From a virus, in IMG/VR virus record IMGVR_UViG_3300017729_000001, positions 26,430 to 90,429 of that record: DNA of 64,000 nucleotides; one strand, written 5' to 3'. Under the pieces are notes generated by a model. That model was not told the DNA's origin. It saw nothing but the letters and a program-made list of their open reading frames with translations, and did no database searches. This document shows positions 50,855 through 60,454 of this stretch, one piece after another (position 1 is the first letter of the stretch; each line of letters opens with the position of its first letter). Both the position numbers and the translations under genes were made by a program.

Positions 50855-51558
50855 GATAAATCGTTGTCTATGTTTGATAAACTAATACCTGTTATATTGA
50901 AATCTTTTATCATTCGCTTTCTCAAAATGTCTGGCACGTGTACTTCGTATTTGAAGTTCAGTCCAAGTGACCTATGAAAGATATGAGGTGGTACCAAGTC
51001 ATTTTGAAGTTGAATATCTTGCCCTGATATCTTTGGAAGTCTCAGTCCAGACAATTCAATATGTGTATATAGACTTATGAACGATGCTTTCAAAAAGTTG
51101 TATATTAACAGCACTTCCATTGTACTTTCTGACGTAATGATAAGGTTGTATGTGGCATCGAACATTTCCGTGAATATTGCTTGCATCCTGTCTCCATTAG
51201 AATTTTCTTGGTAGCCAATATAGTTTTCATCTGCTCCTATTCCTAATGGTTGACCAGTTTCGTTTGGCAACATTATATGAATACAAGCAACGTCAGACAC
51301 AGTCATGTTGTATCCAAGATTAACTTGAATTTTATTTTTATTCACAAAAAGTTCTTTGGCTTGTTCCAAATAGTTGAAAGTTTCCCAATTAACATTTTCG
51401 CCACATTCATTTCTGCCAAAGTAATGATACAATATAGTATCTTGTAATTGATTGTTGTTAAAATCTGACCGCACTATATCCAATATGGAATTTATAGTAT
51501 TGTACAGAACAATCTCTGGCATTAATATTGCTGGTGAGTCTATTGTTTTAACATCCAT
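50848..51558 (-). CDS. tail terminator / neck protein
   Basis: Position and I.I.LP.E......G pattern. Confidence 0.55.
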   Translation of the reverse strand: MDVKTIDSPAILMPEIVLYNTINSILDIVRSDFNNNQLQDTILYHYFGRNECGENVNWETFNYLEQAKELFVNKNKIQVNLGYNMTVSDVACIHIMLPNETGQPLGIGADENYIGYQENSNGDRMQAIFTEMFDATYNLIITSESTMEVLLIYNFLKASFISLYTHIELSGLRLPKISGQDIQLQNDLVPPHIFHRSLGLNFKYEVHVPDILRKRMIKDFNITGISLSNIDNDLSC

Positions 51559-51560
51559 AA

Positions 51561-52358
51561 TTAATATCCTAAATTTTCTAAAACTTCGTCAACTTTGTTC
51601 TCCACTATCGTATTCACATCTGTTCTTCCCATTGCTCCACCTAATAAATTGTAAGCCTTTATTCCTGAATGAATCCAAGAATTTGGGTCACTAGCTTCAC
51701 CAACTCTTCTGAAAGTCATATAAGTATTCTGAGTTGTCTTTCCGTATGCTCCTACTTTTTTAACCATACCTTCAAACATTCCTGACTTGTGTTTGTATTC
51801 TGGTATGTCAATATTCTTGCTAGGAATTTGAATTGCTGCCCTGGATTGAGGAATGTCATATGGAGAGGGTGTCTCAGCACTCTTTAAGCCTTCATTTGCT
51901 GGCTTTGACTTCATAATCTTATGAATAGACTTCGGCATGATATTACTGAAAGCACTATTCTCACCTACAATTCCAGGTGTTCCAATTCTAAAAGGAATCG
52001 TCAAATACCATCTGAAATCAGTTTCGCCAGTTTCGCTGTTATACACAGGCGCATATTTTACTTTGCTTGACTTCTTAAAATGCTCTTTCATATCGTATGG
52101 AGCAGCACCTTTTTCAATCATCTGGTTCAAAGCACCTTTTAGTACAATCTGTCTAGCAAATCTTGATGTAGTTACAATATCCAACCCTTCAATGTAATCA
52201 GTTCTAGTTGACTTCAGCTTATCTGATGCCTCCTTTTTCCAACTCTCATAAATTGACTGAGTTACCTCGTTTACACATTGCTCCACTATTGTATCAGCAG
52301 TGTTTGTAGGCAAGTTTAACTCGTCAATAAGGTCATCTATGTTTAACTGTATATTCAT
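51561..52358 (-). CDS. neck / head-tail joining protein
   Basis: IE.G..P.DMK..F..S.K.K, YLTIPFR, YMTFRRV...S.PNSWIH.G. Confidence 0.7.
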   Translation of the reverse strand: MNIQLNIDDLIDELNLPTNTADTIVEQCVNEVTQSIYESWKKEASDKLKSTRTDYIEGLDIVTTSRFARQIVLKGALNQMIEKGAAPYDMKEHFKKSSKVKYAPVYNSETGETDFRWYLTIPFRIGTPGIVGENSAFSNIMPKSIHKIMKSKPANEGLKSAETPSPYDIPQSRAAIQIPSKNIDIPEYKHKSGMFEGMVKKVGAYGKTTQNTYMTFRRVGEASDPNSWIHSGIKAYNLLGGAMGRTDVNTIVENKVDEVLENLGY

Positions 52359-53176
52359 TCTTCTGTCGAATTTTCTATCAATCTACCCTCTGCTTCATAT
52401 TTTAGGTTATCAAAAATGTAATGAGCTTTTCTAGCAATTCCACCTATGGGCATGTTTGTTAAATCTTCATAACTGTAATCACAGTCTTTCTCTCTAACTT
52501 TCATGATATCACGATTCATGTCAATAACGTGATACGTCAAACAATGTCTGTATCTTATTGATATTGACAAGTCTTCCATGCTGTTATAATTATCAGTCAG
52601 CATAATCTTGAAGCCATCCAAGATATAGTCATCAACCTCTTTTAAAGGGTGGAGTGGCTCTTTATCTGACTTATAAAGATATATGGACTCAATCTCCAAT
52701 GGTTCGTATATGGTAAAAGCCACTTGTCTACCACGTATGGCTCTAGTCCGCATAACCTCGTTAAAATACCCCTCAACCTCTCTTAAAATTATCCTATCCA
52801 TAAAGGCAATCTTGTCTGTTGCCCTAGCTGTCACTTTAGCCATTCCTGTTGTAGTCTGACTCCAATTTTCATATTTGATGTTAGCATTCAGTTGTTGAAT
52901 TGCTATTCTTGTTTCCATTCTATTTACGAAAACCCATCCTGAACCTAGACAATTATTACAAGACACTAATGGTTGACCAGTTCCTTTTACTGTACATGGA
53001 CATCTTAATGCTCTATCAATCCAAACCTCATAACCTTTATCAAATACAAGGCTATCAAATCTCCAAGGTTGAAACCTAACTTGGTGCTCAACAGTTTCAG
53101 GTGGAGTGACTTTAACCACTGGTTTATTCCTTCCATCTGACTTGATAATTGTAGCTTTTTTGTTATGTTTCTTCAT
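52355..53176 (-). CDS. head completion / neck protein
   Basis: RALRCPC......P...C..C.G.GW; ISIRY. Confidence 0.65.
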   Translation of the reverse strand: MKKHNKKATIIKSDGRNKPVVKVTPPETVEHQVRFQPWRFDSLVFDKGYEVWIDRALRCPCTVKGTGQPLVSCNNCLGSGWVFVNRMETRIAIQQLNANIKYENWSQTTTGMAKVTARATDKIAFMDRIILREVEGYFNEVMRTRAIRGRQVAFTIYEPLEIESIYLYKSDKEPLHPLKEVDDYILDGFKIMLTDNYNSMEDLSISIRYRHCLTYHVIDMNRDIMKVREKDCDYSYEDLTNMPIGGIARKAHYIFDNLKYEAEGRLIENSTEE

Positions 53177-53964
53177 AGTACATTAAATCTCATTCCATAA
53201 TACTCTGCTTTCAAGTTTTCTAGCTGTGCGCCAAGTTCGTCAGCGTATTGCTTAACACGACCTTGAAATGCTCCGTTTCCTCCACCTTTAGTGGTTGAAT
53301 AAGATTGACTGATTCCATCTATGGATATATTTTGGTTACCTATACCAGCACCATATATTAAATCTCCTGTGATTGCTAAAATTTGTATTGCTGCTGCTTT
53401 AGCAACGGCATCTACTAATTCAGGTGGGCACTTGTCCCAACCTGTACAATATTTGATTCGCCAATAATTAGGAATAAAATCAGTTCCAAAGAATCCCAAG
53501 TGAGGTGTAATTCCTGAGAATACAAAAGCATGTTGAGTCATTTGAGCACCACCTTTCGTATTTGGAATCAAATATAGGTTTCTAAATTTCGTTTGGTCAT
53601 TACCTCTCTTTACGCTTAACCAAGATTCAGGATAATCAACTTGCTTGATATTGTTTATATGACCTTGAAGAGCCATTGGCTCTTTTATAGGAAATACAGT
53701 TTTGATATAACCCCATCTGAAAAACTCGTTTCTAATGAAGTCACTTGTTTCCCAAATTATCTGCTTTTTAAGTTTTATGGAAAGATAGTGTTCAAGTTCC
53801 TTTTGAGCAACTTCGATTTTTTGCTTAATCGTATCCATGCTCAATGTCGTTCCATCAGGATAACATAAAGGTATTCCAGTCAAGTACAGGTCTATTAACG
53901 ATGAAGGACTGATAACCAGTCCTTCATTTCTACTGTACTTAACTTTAAAAGTCATAGTACTCAT
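53173..53964 (-). CDS. head-tail adaptor protein
   Basis: I.Y.TG....P..L..AV.K.AA...G....SISIDGISQS. Confidence 0.7.
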   Translation of the reverse strand: MSTMTFKVKYSRNEGLVISPSSLIDLYLTGIPLCYPDGTTLSMDTIKQKIEVAQKELEHYLSIKLKKQIIWETSDFIRNEFFRWGYIKTVFPIKEPMALQGHINNIKQVDYPESWLSVKRGNDQTKFRNLYLIPNTKGGAQMTQHAFVFSGITPHLGFFGTDFIPNYWRIKYCTGWDKCPPELVDAVAKAAAIQILAITGDLIYGAGIGNQNISIDGISQSYSTTKGGGNGAFQGRVKQYADELGAQLENLKAEYYGMRFNVL

Positions 53965-53992
53965 ATTTTTAACTTTTGCTGGTTTATTTTAT

Positions 53993-54439
53993 TCAAGCAT
54001 TTTTTCTGAGAAAGTTAATCATGAGTTTTTTAGACTTCTGAAACTTCTTATATTCTGACTCTTCAAAACCACTATCCTTAGCAATCTCTTTTAGTTCAGT
54101 CAAAGTCATTTCATCTAGTCCATCTGACTCTTTTTCAACTTCTTCTGCCTTTGGTTCTTCTTTCTTTGGTTCTTCCTTTTTAGGCTTCACCTTTTTTGTT
54201 TCTTTCTTTGGCTTTTCTGCTACTTTCTCTTCATGAATTTCTTCAGTAACAGTCGTTCCATTTCCTTCAACTAAAAGGTATGAGTCAGTTTGTCTTAGAA
54301 GCACAGTGGCTACCATATCTTCAACTTCCATAATTCCTTCAGCTGTAATGACAGTTTCTCCTACGGATGGCAAAACAACAGTCTTGTCCCACAAGCCTTT
54401 GTCCGTCACTTGTAATTTAACTTTTCCAGATTTTTGCAT
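53993..54439 (-). CDS. hypothetical protein with C-terminal Rho-N/HeH-like motif (start probably MQKSG at 54439)
   Basis: LDEMTLTELKEIAK...K..KK.MI..L; track start lies inside the capsid-gene terminator. Confidence 0.6.
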   Translation of the reverse strand: MQKSGKVKLQVTDKGLWDKTVVLPSVGETVITAEGIMEVEDMVATVLLRQTDSYLLVEGNGTTVTEEIHEEKVAEKPKKETKKVKPKKEEPKKEEPKAEEVEKESDGLDEMTLTELKEIAKDSGFEESEYKKFQKSKKLMINFLRKNA

Positions 54440-54458
54440 TTGTACATTTTTAATTATT

Positions 54459-54496
54459 AAAAAAGGGTGAGCAAGATTAATATCCACTCACCCTTT
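54459..54496 (-). terminator. intrinsic terminator after major capsid gene
   Basis: AAAGGGTGAG...CTCACCCTTT then T tract on minus strand. Confidence 0.75.
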
Positions 54497-54524
54497 ATAA
54501 CTTTGTTATGAAAAACTTCTTCGC

Positions 54525-56018
54525 TTATAGCGCACCGATGTTAATGAATCTAACCATTTTCTTTGGAGCATATAAGAAAGGTGTTCCGTACATTAAAATC
54601 ATGAATCTGTACGCTGGAGAAAGAACAGCCAAGTCCATTTTCATTAATGGAGCAAGTTGAGCAAATTCTACAACTTCATTATCCATTTGGAATAGGACAG
54701 CTTGGTCTGTATTAGGCATCCATCTGTTTCTATCTCTTACGATACCAGCAGCACCTCCGTCATAACCAGCAGTCTTTTCAGCTACTGAGATATCATATAA
54801 AGGATACAACTTACTAGCAGCAAATGAAGGCGCACCAGCCTGACTTCTATAAACTCTATATGAGGTAGCAACTTCAGCACCACCGCCATCTGTAAAGTCT
54901 AATTCAACCGCACCACCAGCGACAGCCGCAACAGCAGCACCGCCAATTTGAACAGCAGCACTTTCTCCATTTCGGTTGATAGCAGTTACAGCATATATAT
55001 AGTTACCCGCATCTGAAGCATTCCATCTTGAACTTGCGTCAGTTGCTACACCAGCAATAGTATTTGATACTACAGCATTCGGAGCATTCGGTGAAGAAGC
55101 ACCTGTTGTAGAAGAAATCGTTGGTAACTTCTTAGCAAAGATGTCCCAGTTCAATCCAATTCTTCCAAATTGAGAATCGAATGATTGAACTCTTTGACCC
55201 ATAATACCAGCAGCAGTCATATCACTGTTAGGCTGGATAAACTTATTACCATAGAATCCTTTAACGAAATCACTCATCACCTTTGGTGGAGCAAATAATT
55301 GGTTACCCAATCCAAAGTTCTCTACAATTCCGTTTGAAGCAGTTTCGATAGCATCTTCATTCAAGGCTTGACCTCTTAAATCAACTACGACTTCTGAATC
55401 CATATAAGAATCAAGATTCAACCAGTTATCATTTCTTTGGTGTTGAGCATAGAAACCATTGAACTCTTGAGGTGTTAAAGCCTCATCACCGAAATAAAGT
55501 GACTGATTCAATTTTCTAAGAATCCACATCGTTCCGTTCTTAATTTCTCTTTCAACGATGTTCCCAACCATATTGTTAACTAAGGTCATTGGGTGTGTTA
55601 CTGATTTCACAACTCCCATGAACTTAACTAACTGAGCACGTCTTACATATAGAGAATCTTCTTCATTCGGCAATTCGCCTTCATTATAGAATCCACCTCT
55701 ATTAGTACCATACGATGCTAATTGATTATATTCTTCAACTGTGTTGTAAGCAGACTTTTTTGGAACAGTCTTCCAAAGAGCAATATCATTCTCTTTAAAA
55801 GTAAGATGTTTCAATGTCTTGTCAAGACTTTCAACTTTTAATGGAGCACCAGATGCTGTAGATAGGTCAGTTGTTTCACGACCAGAAATACTACCAGCTT
55901 CGAGTGCTTTGTTCAATTGGTTCAACTCTTCCATGTTTGAACCTCCGAAAACTGCACCCTGGCCATTACCATTAGCAGCAGCGTTTGCATAATCGGCTAA
56001 ATTTAAACCTAAACTCAT
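54525..56018 (-). CDS. major capsid protein (Herelleviridae-like)
   Basis: KAL.AG, GAPLKVESLD..LK.LT, A.NTVEEY.Q, EG.LP...DS.Y.R, LAPLMKMDLA. Confidence 0.92.
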   Translation of the reverse strand: MSLGLNLADYANAAANGNGQGAVFGGSNMEELNQLNKALEAGSISGRETTDLSTASGAPLKVESLDKTLKHLTFKENDIALWKTVPKKSAYNTVEEYNQLASYGTNRGGFYNEGELPNEEDSLYVRRAQLVKFMGVVKSVTHPMTLVNNMVGNIVEREIKNGTMWILRKLNQSLYFGDEALTPQEFNGFYAQHQRNDNWLNLDSYMDSEVVVDLRGQALNEDAIETASNGIVENFGLGNQLFAPPKVMSDFVKGFYGNKFIQPNSDMTAAGIMGQRVQSFDSQFGRIGLNWDIFAKKLPTISSTTGASSPNAPNAVVSNTIAGVATDASSRWNASDAGNYIYAVTAINRNGESAAVQIGGAAVAAVAGGAVELDFTDGGGAEVATSYRVYRSQAGAPSFAASKLYPLYDISVAEKTAGYDGGAAGIVRDRNRWMPNTDQAVLFQMDNEVVEFAQLAPLMKMDLAVLSPAYRFMILMYGTPFLYAPKKMVRFINIGAL

Positions 56019-56060
56019 ACTCCTTTATTTTTAATTTTGTTAAACATTAGTTTGTAATCT

Positions 56061-56071
56061 TTAATACCTGT
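56061..56071 (-). promoter_or_regulatory. putative late promoter box ACAGGTATTAA
   Basis: Intergenic, upstream of capsid gene; identical copy at 61981..61991. Confidence 0.55.
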
Positions 56072-57676
56072 TTATTGAACAATGTTTACGTTATGTTCTG
56101 ATTTTAGTCTAGCAATAACATTTTCATCTAGTTTGCCACCAGCTTCAAAGCTAGTTACTGCCTTTCCAAATTCTTCGTCATATCCTCCTTTATTAAAACA
56201 AGCACTGTCTAGTATATTGATAATTGCTCGCTTATGCTCTGTCGTATTTAACACGGCAGAACCACTACCAGCTTTCTCAATGATGTCTCCACCACCGAAC
56301 TTTTTATCAGTATAACCTTTAGTGATTGATTTTCTTCCAGTTGATTGACCAGATAAGTTTTCAACCATATCAAGTGCCTTTTGCAAATCTGCTCTAGTGG
56401 CACGTAATTCTTTATTTGTCCTGAACAACTTTCCTTTAATAAGGTCTGTGTTATCCATTGACGCTTTCACTAACTGAGCAAGTGCTCTAACATTAGCAAC
56501 ATTTTCTTCTTTGAATTCAGAAATAGCTTTAATGAGTTCAGGTGAACCACCTTTCTTCATATCTTTCTCCATGTCGGCTTCATCGTCAGCACAGTACTTA
56601 CCTTTCTCAGTTTCCTCATCCTCATCCTCATCTTCTGCGCTTGGGTTTCCCTCTCCATCTCCGCCATAGACTTCTTTATCAATCGCAGCAGCTACATCGT
56701 CAGCAGCTTTCTGAACTGTCTCGTCATCCATTTTTTCTTCATCTTCGCCCTCATCTTCATCTTTCATAAGTGCGAGGTCACCATCTGGTTTGTCAAATGA
56801 TTTTTTTGCCTTTTCAAACAATGGAGACTCACTTGGATCAATTCCCAAATGACTCATTGCTTTTTCAAGGTCTTTGTCAGTTATTTCTTTTCCTTTAGCC
56901 ATAGCCATTTCTATTTTATTTAACAGATTGTTGATTTGTTCTGCCTTTTCAATACTAATACCTGGTAGTGATTTAAAAATAGTATCATACCTTTTTTCTT
57001 CAGACATTTTTGCTACTTTCACGCCATCTACGCTTTCAGGCATAGTTGCCCGACCAGAACTTGTGTCGAGTGTTTTCTTTACATCAATTTCATCTTCTTC
57101 ATCCTTTTTTACGCAATTTGGAACTTTCTTGCCACCCTTATCTTTTGTTCCAATCATTTCGTAACCATCCCAACATGGGTCATTACCTTTTATAATATCG
57201 GCAAATGTTTGCGCATTTTTAGGCATGTGTGTAATAGCCAGACCAGTAATTTTCGCTTGTTTGACTATTTTTGGATTTTGTATATCTCTTTCAATTACTG
57301 AACCTTCAATACTGTAACCTAATCTACGTGTTTTTGAATCTTTTTGTAATACCTCAGCCAACTCATATACCTCTCTTGCTAAATCGCTAGTTGGATACAA
57401 ATCTGTTTCTACATAAAACCCATCTTTTCTTACTTCTGCTTTTTTCGGCTCACCTATAATGGTAGCTGGACTGTTCTTAGCTTGATGGTGCCAATTTACT
57501 ACACCTGACTTTTTAAAATCTGATATATCAAATCCACTTGGGTCAAGAAATTCGCCATCGGCATCTTTATCCATAGTTGAAGCAATGCCACCTAATCGCA
57601 TAACTTCTTTACCATCTTTATCTTTAGCCTTTGAAATTTCAACAGGACACCAAAACTTAAATCTTTGTTCTGCCAT
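56072..57676 (-). CDS. prohead protease fused to scaffold-like region
   Basis: GIAST..KD.DGE, NWHH, IIG.P, LGYSIEG, LAIT..P.N..T; then acidic/coiled C-terminal half. Confidence 0.88.
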   Translation of the reverse strand: MAEQRFKFWCPVEISKAKDKDGKEVMRLGGIASTMDKDADGEFLDPSGFDISDFKKSGVVNWHHQAKNSPATIIGEPKKAEVRKDGFYVETDLYPTSDLAREVYELAEVLQKDSKTRRLGYSIEGSVIERDIQNPKIVKQAKITGLAITHMPKNAQTFADIIKGNDPCWDGYEMIGTKDKGGKKVPNCVKKDEEDEIDVKKTLDTSSGRATMPESVDGVKVAKMSEEKRYDTIFKSLPGISIEKAEQINNLLNKIEMAMAKGKEITDKDLEKAMSHLGIDPSESPLFEKAKKSFDKPDGDLALMKDEDEGEDEEKMDDETVQKAADDVAAAIDKEVYGGDGEGNPSAEDEDEDEETEKGKYCADDEADMEKDMKKGGSPELIKAISEFKEENVANVRALAQLVKASMDNTDLIKGKLFRTNKELRATRADLQKALDMVENLSGQSTGRKSITKGYTDKKFGGGDIIEKAGSGSAVLNTTEHKRAIINILDSACFNKGGYDEEFGKAVTSFEAGGKLDENVIARLKSEHNVNIVQ

Positions 57677-57696
57677 TTTTACTTTCTTTTTTTACA

Positions 57697-57707
57697 TTAA
57701 TAACTGT
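57697..57707 (-). promoter_or_regulatory. putative late promoter box ACAGTTATTAA
   Basis: Intergenic, about 20 nt upstream of protease ATG. Confidence 0.5.
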
Positions 57708-57712
57708 TTGGC

Positions 57713-58123
57713 TCAAATCTCCAAAACTCCTATATCCATACAATTAGAAAACAAGAATGAATATAACAAGTCTTGTTTTGTTTTTGGATTTTTACTTTTA
57801 AAGTCTGCCTTGGACATTGCCTTTAAATCTAAAAAGTCACAAAAGGCATCGTGTATGAAAACTATTTTTTCAGCTTTAACAACAACTGACTTGATTGCGT
57901 CTGAGCAGTCTTTAAATAAATGCGTTTCCATAGTCTTGTCTAAAAAGACTTTTTGGTCATTAGGGTCAACTAATGGAAACTTGCCTTTGAATGGCAATAA
58001 GTCACATGGCTTCTTTTTATATAGAACTGAACTCACTTTCCCAATTCTATTGGTTGTGAACTTATTTCTGTGTAGTTGGTCGCTTTCTAACCCACCATCT
58101 TTCTCTTTTATAAAGTATTCCAT
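57713..58123 (-). CDS. hypothetical protein
   Basis: 136-aa ORF in head-gene region. Confidence 0.55.
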   Translation of the reverse strand: MEYFIKEKDGGLESDQLHRNKFTTNRIGKVSSVLYKKKPCDLLPFKGKFPLVDPNDQKVFLDKTMETHLFKDCSDAIKSVVVKAEKIVFIHDAFCDFLDLKAMSKADFKSKNPKTKQDLLYSFLFSNCMDIGVLEI

Positions 58124-58124
58124 A

Positions 58125-60446
58125 TTACTTAAATTTTCTCACTTTACATTTTCCTCTATTCAAAATAACCGCAAAGTCAGTTTTACCACCCCAACCATTT
58201 TTCTGTACAATAGCATCATACCCTTTTATCGCAGCATAAAACCCTCTGTACTCACCATTTGGTCTTTTCGCTATCTCTAGCATGACTTCATCTAGTGTCG
58301 AACTTCCTACACCTCTCAAGTTATTTACCTCATCAGCAACTGCTTTTAATTTTTGTTGAGCATCTTTTGCTTCTTGCTTTACTTTGTCTATTAGGTCTGA
58401 GTTTTTAGTCCTTTTTGCTATCTCCTTATTTATTTTGCCATAATGTTCTTTTACAACAAAATCTCTTAATCTTGAGTAATGATAATTATATGGCTTGCTG
58501 TATTCATTCTTTTGCTTCAAACTTCGTCCAGCAACTGTTTCGCTCATTATAAATTTATCTCCAGACAATGGTAGTTCAATGCTAATAGCATTTCCATTAT
58601 CATGCTCTTCCACGACAGCACCTAATTGACCAACCAGCGTTTCATAGTATCTTTTTACTTTTCCAAAGCTATGAACTTCTGGGTCAGCATATACAATATC
58701 TGCTCTTGAATTCAATGCGTTTAAAACCTTATCATTCCAACCCATTTCTTCTTTGGTATCGTCAGCAATAGTCTTTTCGATATTGTCTGCTTTATCTTGT
58801 AGAGCATCTACTTCAACTCTCAATTCATCATACTCTTTTTTCTTCTCCTTAAACTCTTCACCAAAGAACTCATCGTTCATCATGGTATCTAGTTCGTGAG
58901 CGTCAATCACCTTGGCATCTTTATCCAAACAAATATCTATAATCGCATCAGAGTCATAACCAGCGTAATCATAAGCAATTTGATAATCTTCATTAGGTGG
59001 TGGTGGATTTGATTTTTTCTTATTTACGGCAGCATAAATTCCTGCTCCATACATTCCATATCTACCATAGAAACAATCTTGATTGTCTGTGAAGTCCTTT
59101 TTAACTGATTGAGCATTTAGTCCGCCATATCCAGTCACACCTCTTTGTAGCAATTTTGAATCTTTTTCAGCAACTAATTTATCAAACTTGGCACTATTAA
59201 TAACCTCTGGTGTAGCATCAAAACCTCTCATCTTACATAATTCAGATAAGAACTTCCAACCCACTTTAGAATCTTGGTTTGTTATATGTCCACCAGCTTT
59301 TTTAAGTGCCTTTTTGATATCCGCATCTTCAAACTCTCTATATGGGTCAAGTTTTGAATAATCAGTATCATCCATTCTTGCCCTTAAATCAAAAAACCTC
59401 TTAGCCATCTTCAACTTTAGGTCTTTATCTTTTATATGACCCAAAACTGCTTTCTCTTTAGAAAGAACATCTTTTAATTGAGTATTGATTTCAACTTGAG
59501 TAATCTTACCTGTGATTTGAAGATTATGAGAAATCATTGATTCCAGTTCATTAACTTCGTCTCCAAAGTCATCCCCCTTATCACGACCTTGCGCTGAGAA
59601 TCTTAAAGAGCCACCATTATCCACTCTATAAACCATCCCATCATCCTTGTTGACTAAGATATTATCATTCTTATAAGCATCCCAATTAGCCAGAAGACAA
59701 TCGGCAACAAACCCTTTCATTATCTCTTTCTTCAGGTTGTCATCTAGCACGCTATTTGCGTCCACTGTGTTATCCATATACTCAGACAAAATAGTGTCGT
59801 CATTATATAGTTGCATCTTAGGAACAGTAACACCTAACTCATCGTAAATTTGAGTAGCAGTATATTCATCTTGAACGTGCTCTGGTGAGGCACCTTTTTT
59901 CATGACAAACTTTTTACCTGTGTCTGGGTCTTCAACTAATAAAGCACCTGTTGAACCCCCTAGTGTCTTACCAACCTTTTTTAGCTTAGTCAAGTCAGTA
60001 GGAAAATCATCATAGTTCTTTGGTGTCTTTACTTTCTTAGGTTGCTTTGTCGCTCTACGCCAATCAAGTTTTCCACTCTTAGTCTTTTTGACGACATACA
60101 TGATTCCACTCTTAACTTTCGTGTCACCTTCAACCAGAGCCTTAAATAGTTCTTGATTTGGTTCTTCTCCACTTAGGAAATCATTAAATGTCTTCGCTTT
60201 TATTAAACCGAATTTTTCAGGTGGTGTCCAATTTGTCTTTTCTCTTACAGAAATAGATGCTTTGATTAAAATCTCGTCAGGTATCAACCCCTTTGAATTT
60301 GAATCAACTATCGTATTGAATGCTTGAATTATTCCACCCTTGTAAAATTCGCTGTTATCGTTTCCACACTCATGGCAAACGAACATGTCGTGACCACCAT
60401 CTTCAGATGGCCACGACCAGTTACAATTTCTACAAGAAATCTCCAT
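58125..60446 (-). CDS. multidomain protein: Zn ribbon + PI3/4-kinase/HipA-like domain + ADP-ribosyltransferase-like domain
   Basis: CRNC..W...CHECG; LGGSTGA...FVMK...E..A..IY..LG...D.LLANWD...DNIL...RVDNGG; QRG...GMYGAGIY...AY.YA...GYDAI...VILNR. Confidence 0.7.
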   Translation of the reverse strand: MEISCRNCNWSWPSEDGGHDMFVCHECGNDNSEFYKGGIIQAFNTIVDSNSKGLIPDEILIKASISVREKTNWTPPEKFGLIKAKTFNDFLSGEEPNQELFKALVEGDTKVKSGIMYVVKKTKSGKLDWRRATKQPKKVKTPKNYDDFPTDLTKLKKVGKTLGGSTGALLVEDPDTGKKFVMKKGASPEHVQDEYTATQIYDELGVTVPKMQLYNDDTILSEYMDNTVDANSVLDDNLKKEIMKGFVADCLLANWDAYKNDNILVNKDDGMVYRVDNGGSLRFSAQGRDKGDDFGDEVNELESMISHNLQITGKITQVEINTQLKDVLSKEKAVLGHIKDKDLKLKMAKRFFDLRARMDDTDYSKLDPYREFEDADIKKALKKAGGHITNQDSKVGWKFLSELCKMRGFDATPEVINSAKFDKLVAEKDSKLLQRGVTGYGGLNAQSVKKDFTDNQDCFYGRYGMYGAGIYAAVNKKKSNPPPPNEDYQIAYDYAGYDSDAIIDICLDKDAKVIDAHELDTMMNDEFFGEEFKEKKKEYDELRVEVDALQDKADNIEKTIADDTKEEMGWNDKVLNALNSRADIVYADPEVHSFGKVKRYYETLVGQLGAVVEEHDNGNAISIELPLSGDKFIMSETVAGRSLKQKNEYSKPYNYHYSRLRDFVVKEHYGKINKEIAKRTKNSDLIDKVKQEAKDAQQKLKAVADEVNNLRGVGSSTLDEVMLEIAKRPNGEYRGFYAAIKGYDAIVQKNGWGGKTDFAVILNRGKCKVRKFK

Positions 60447-60454
60447 AATTTGTT

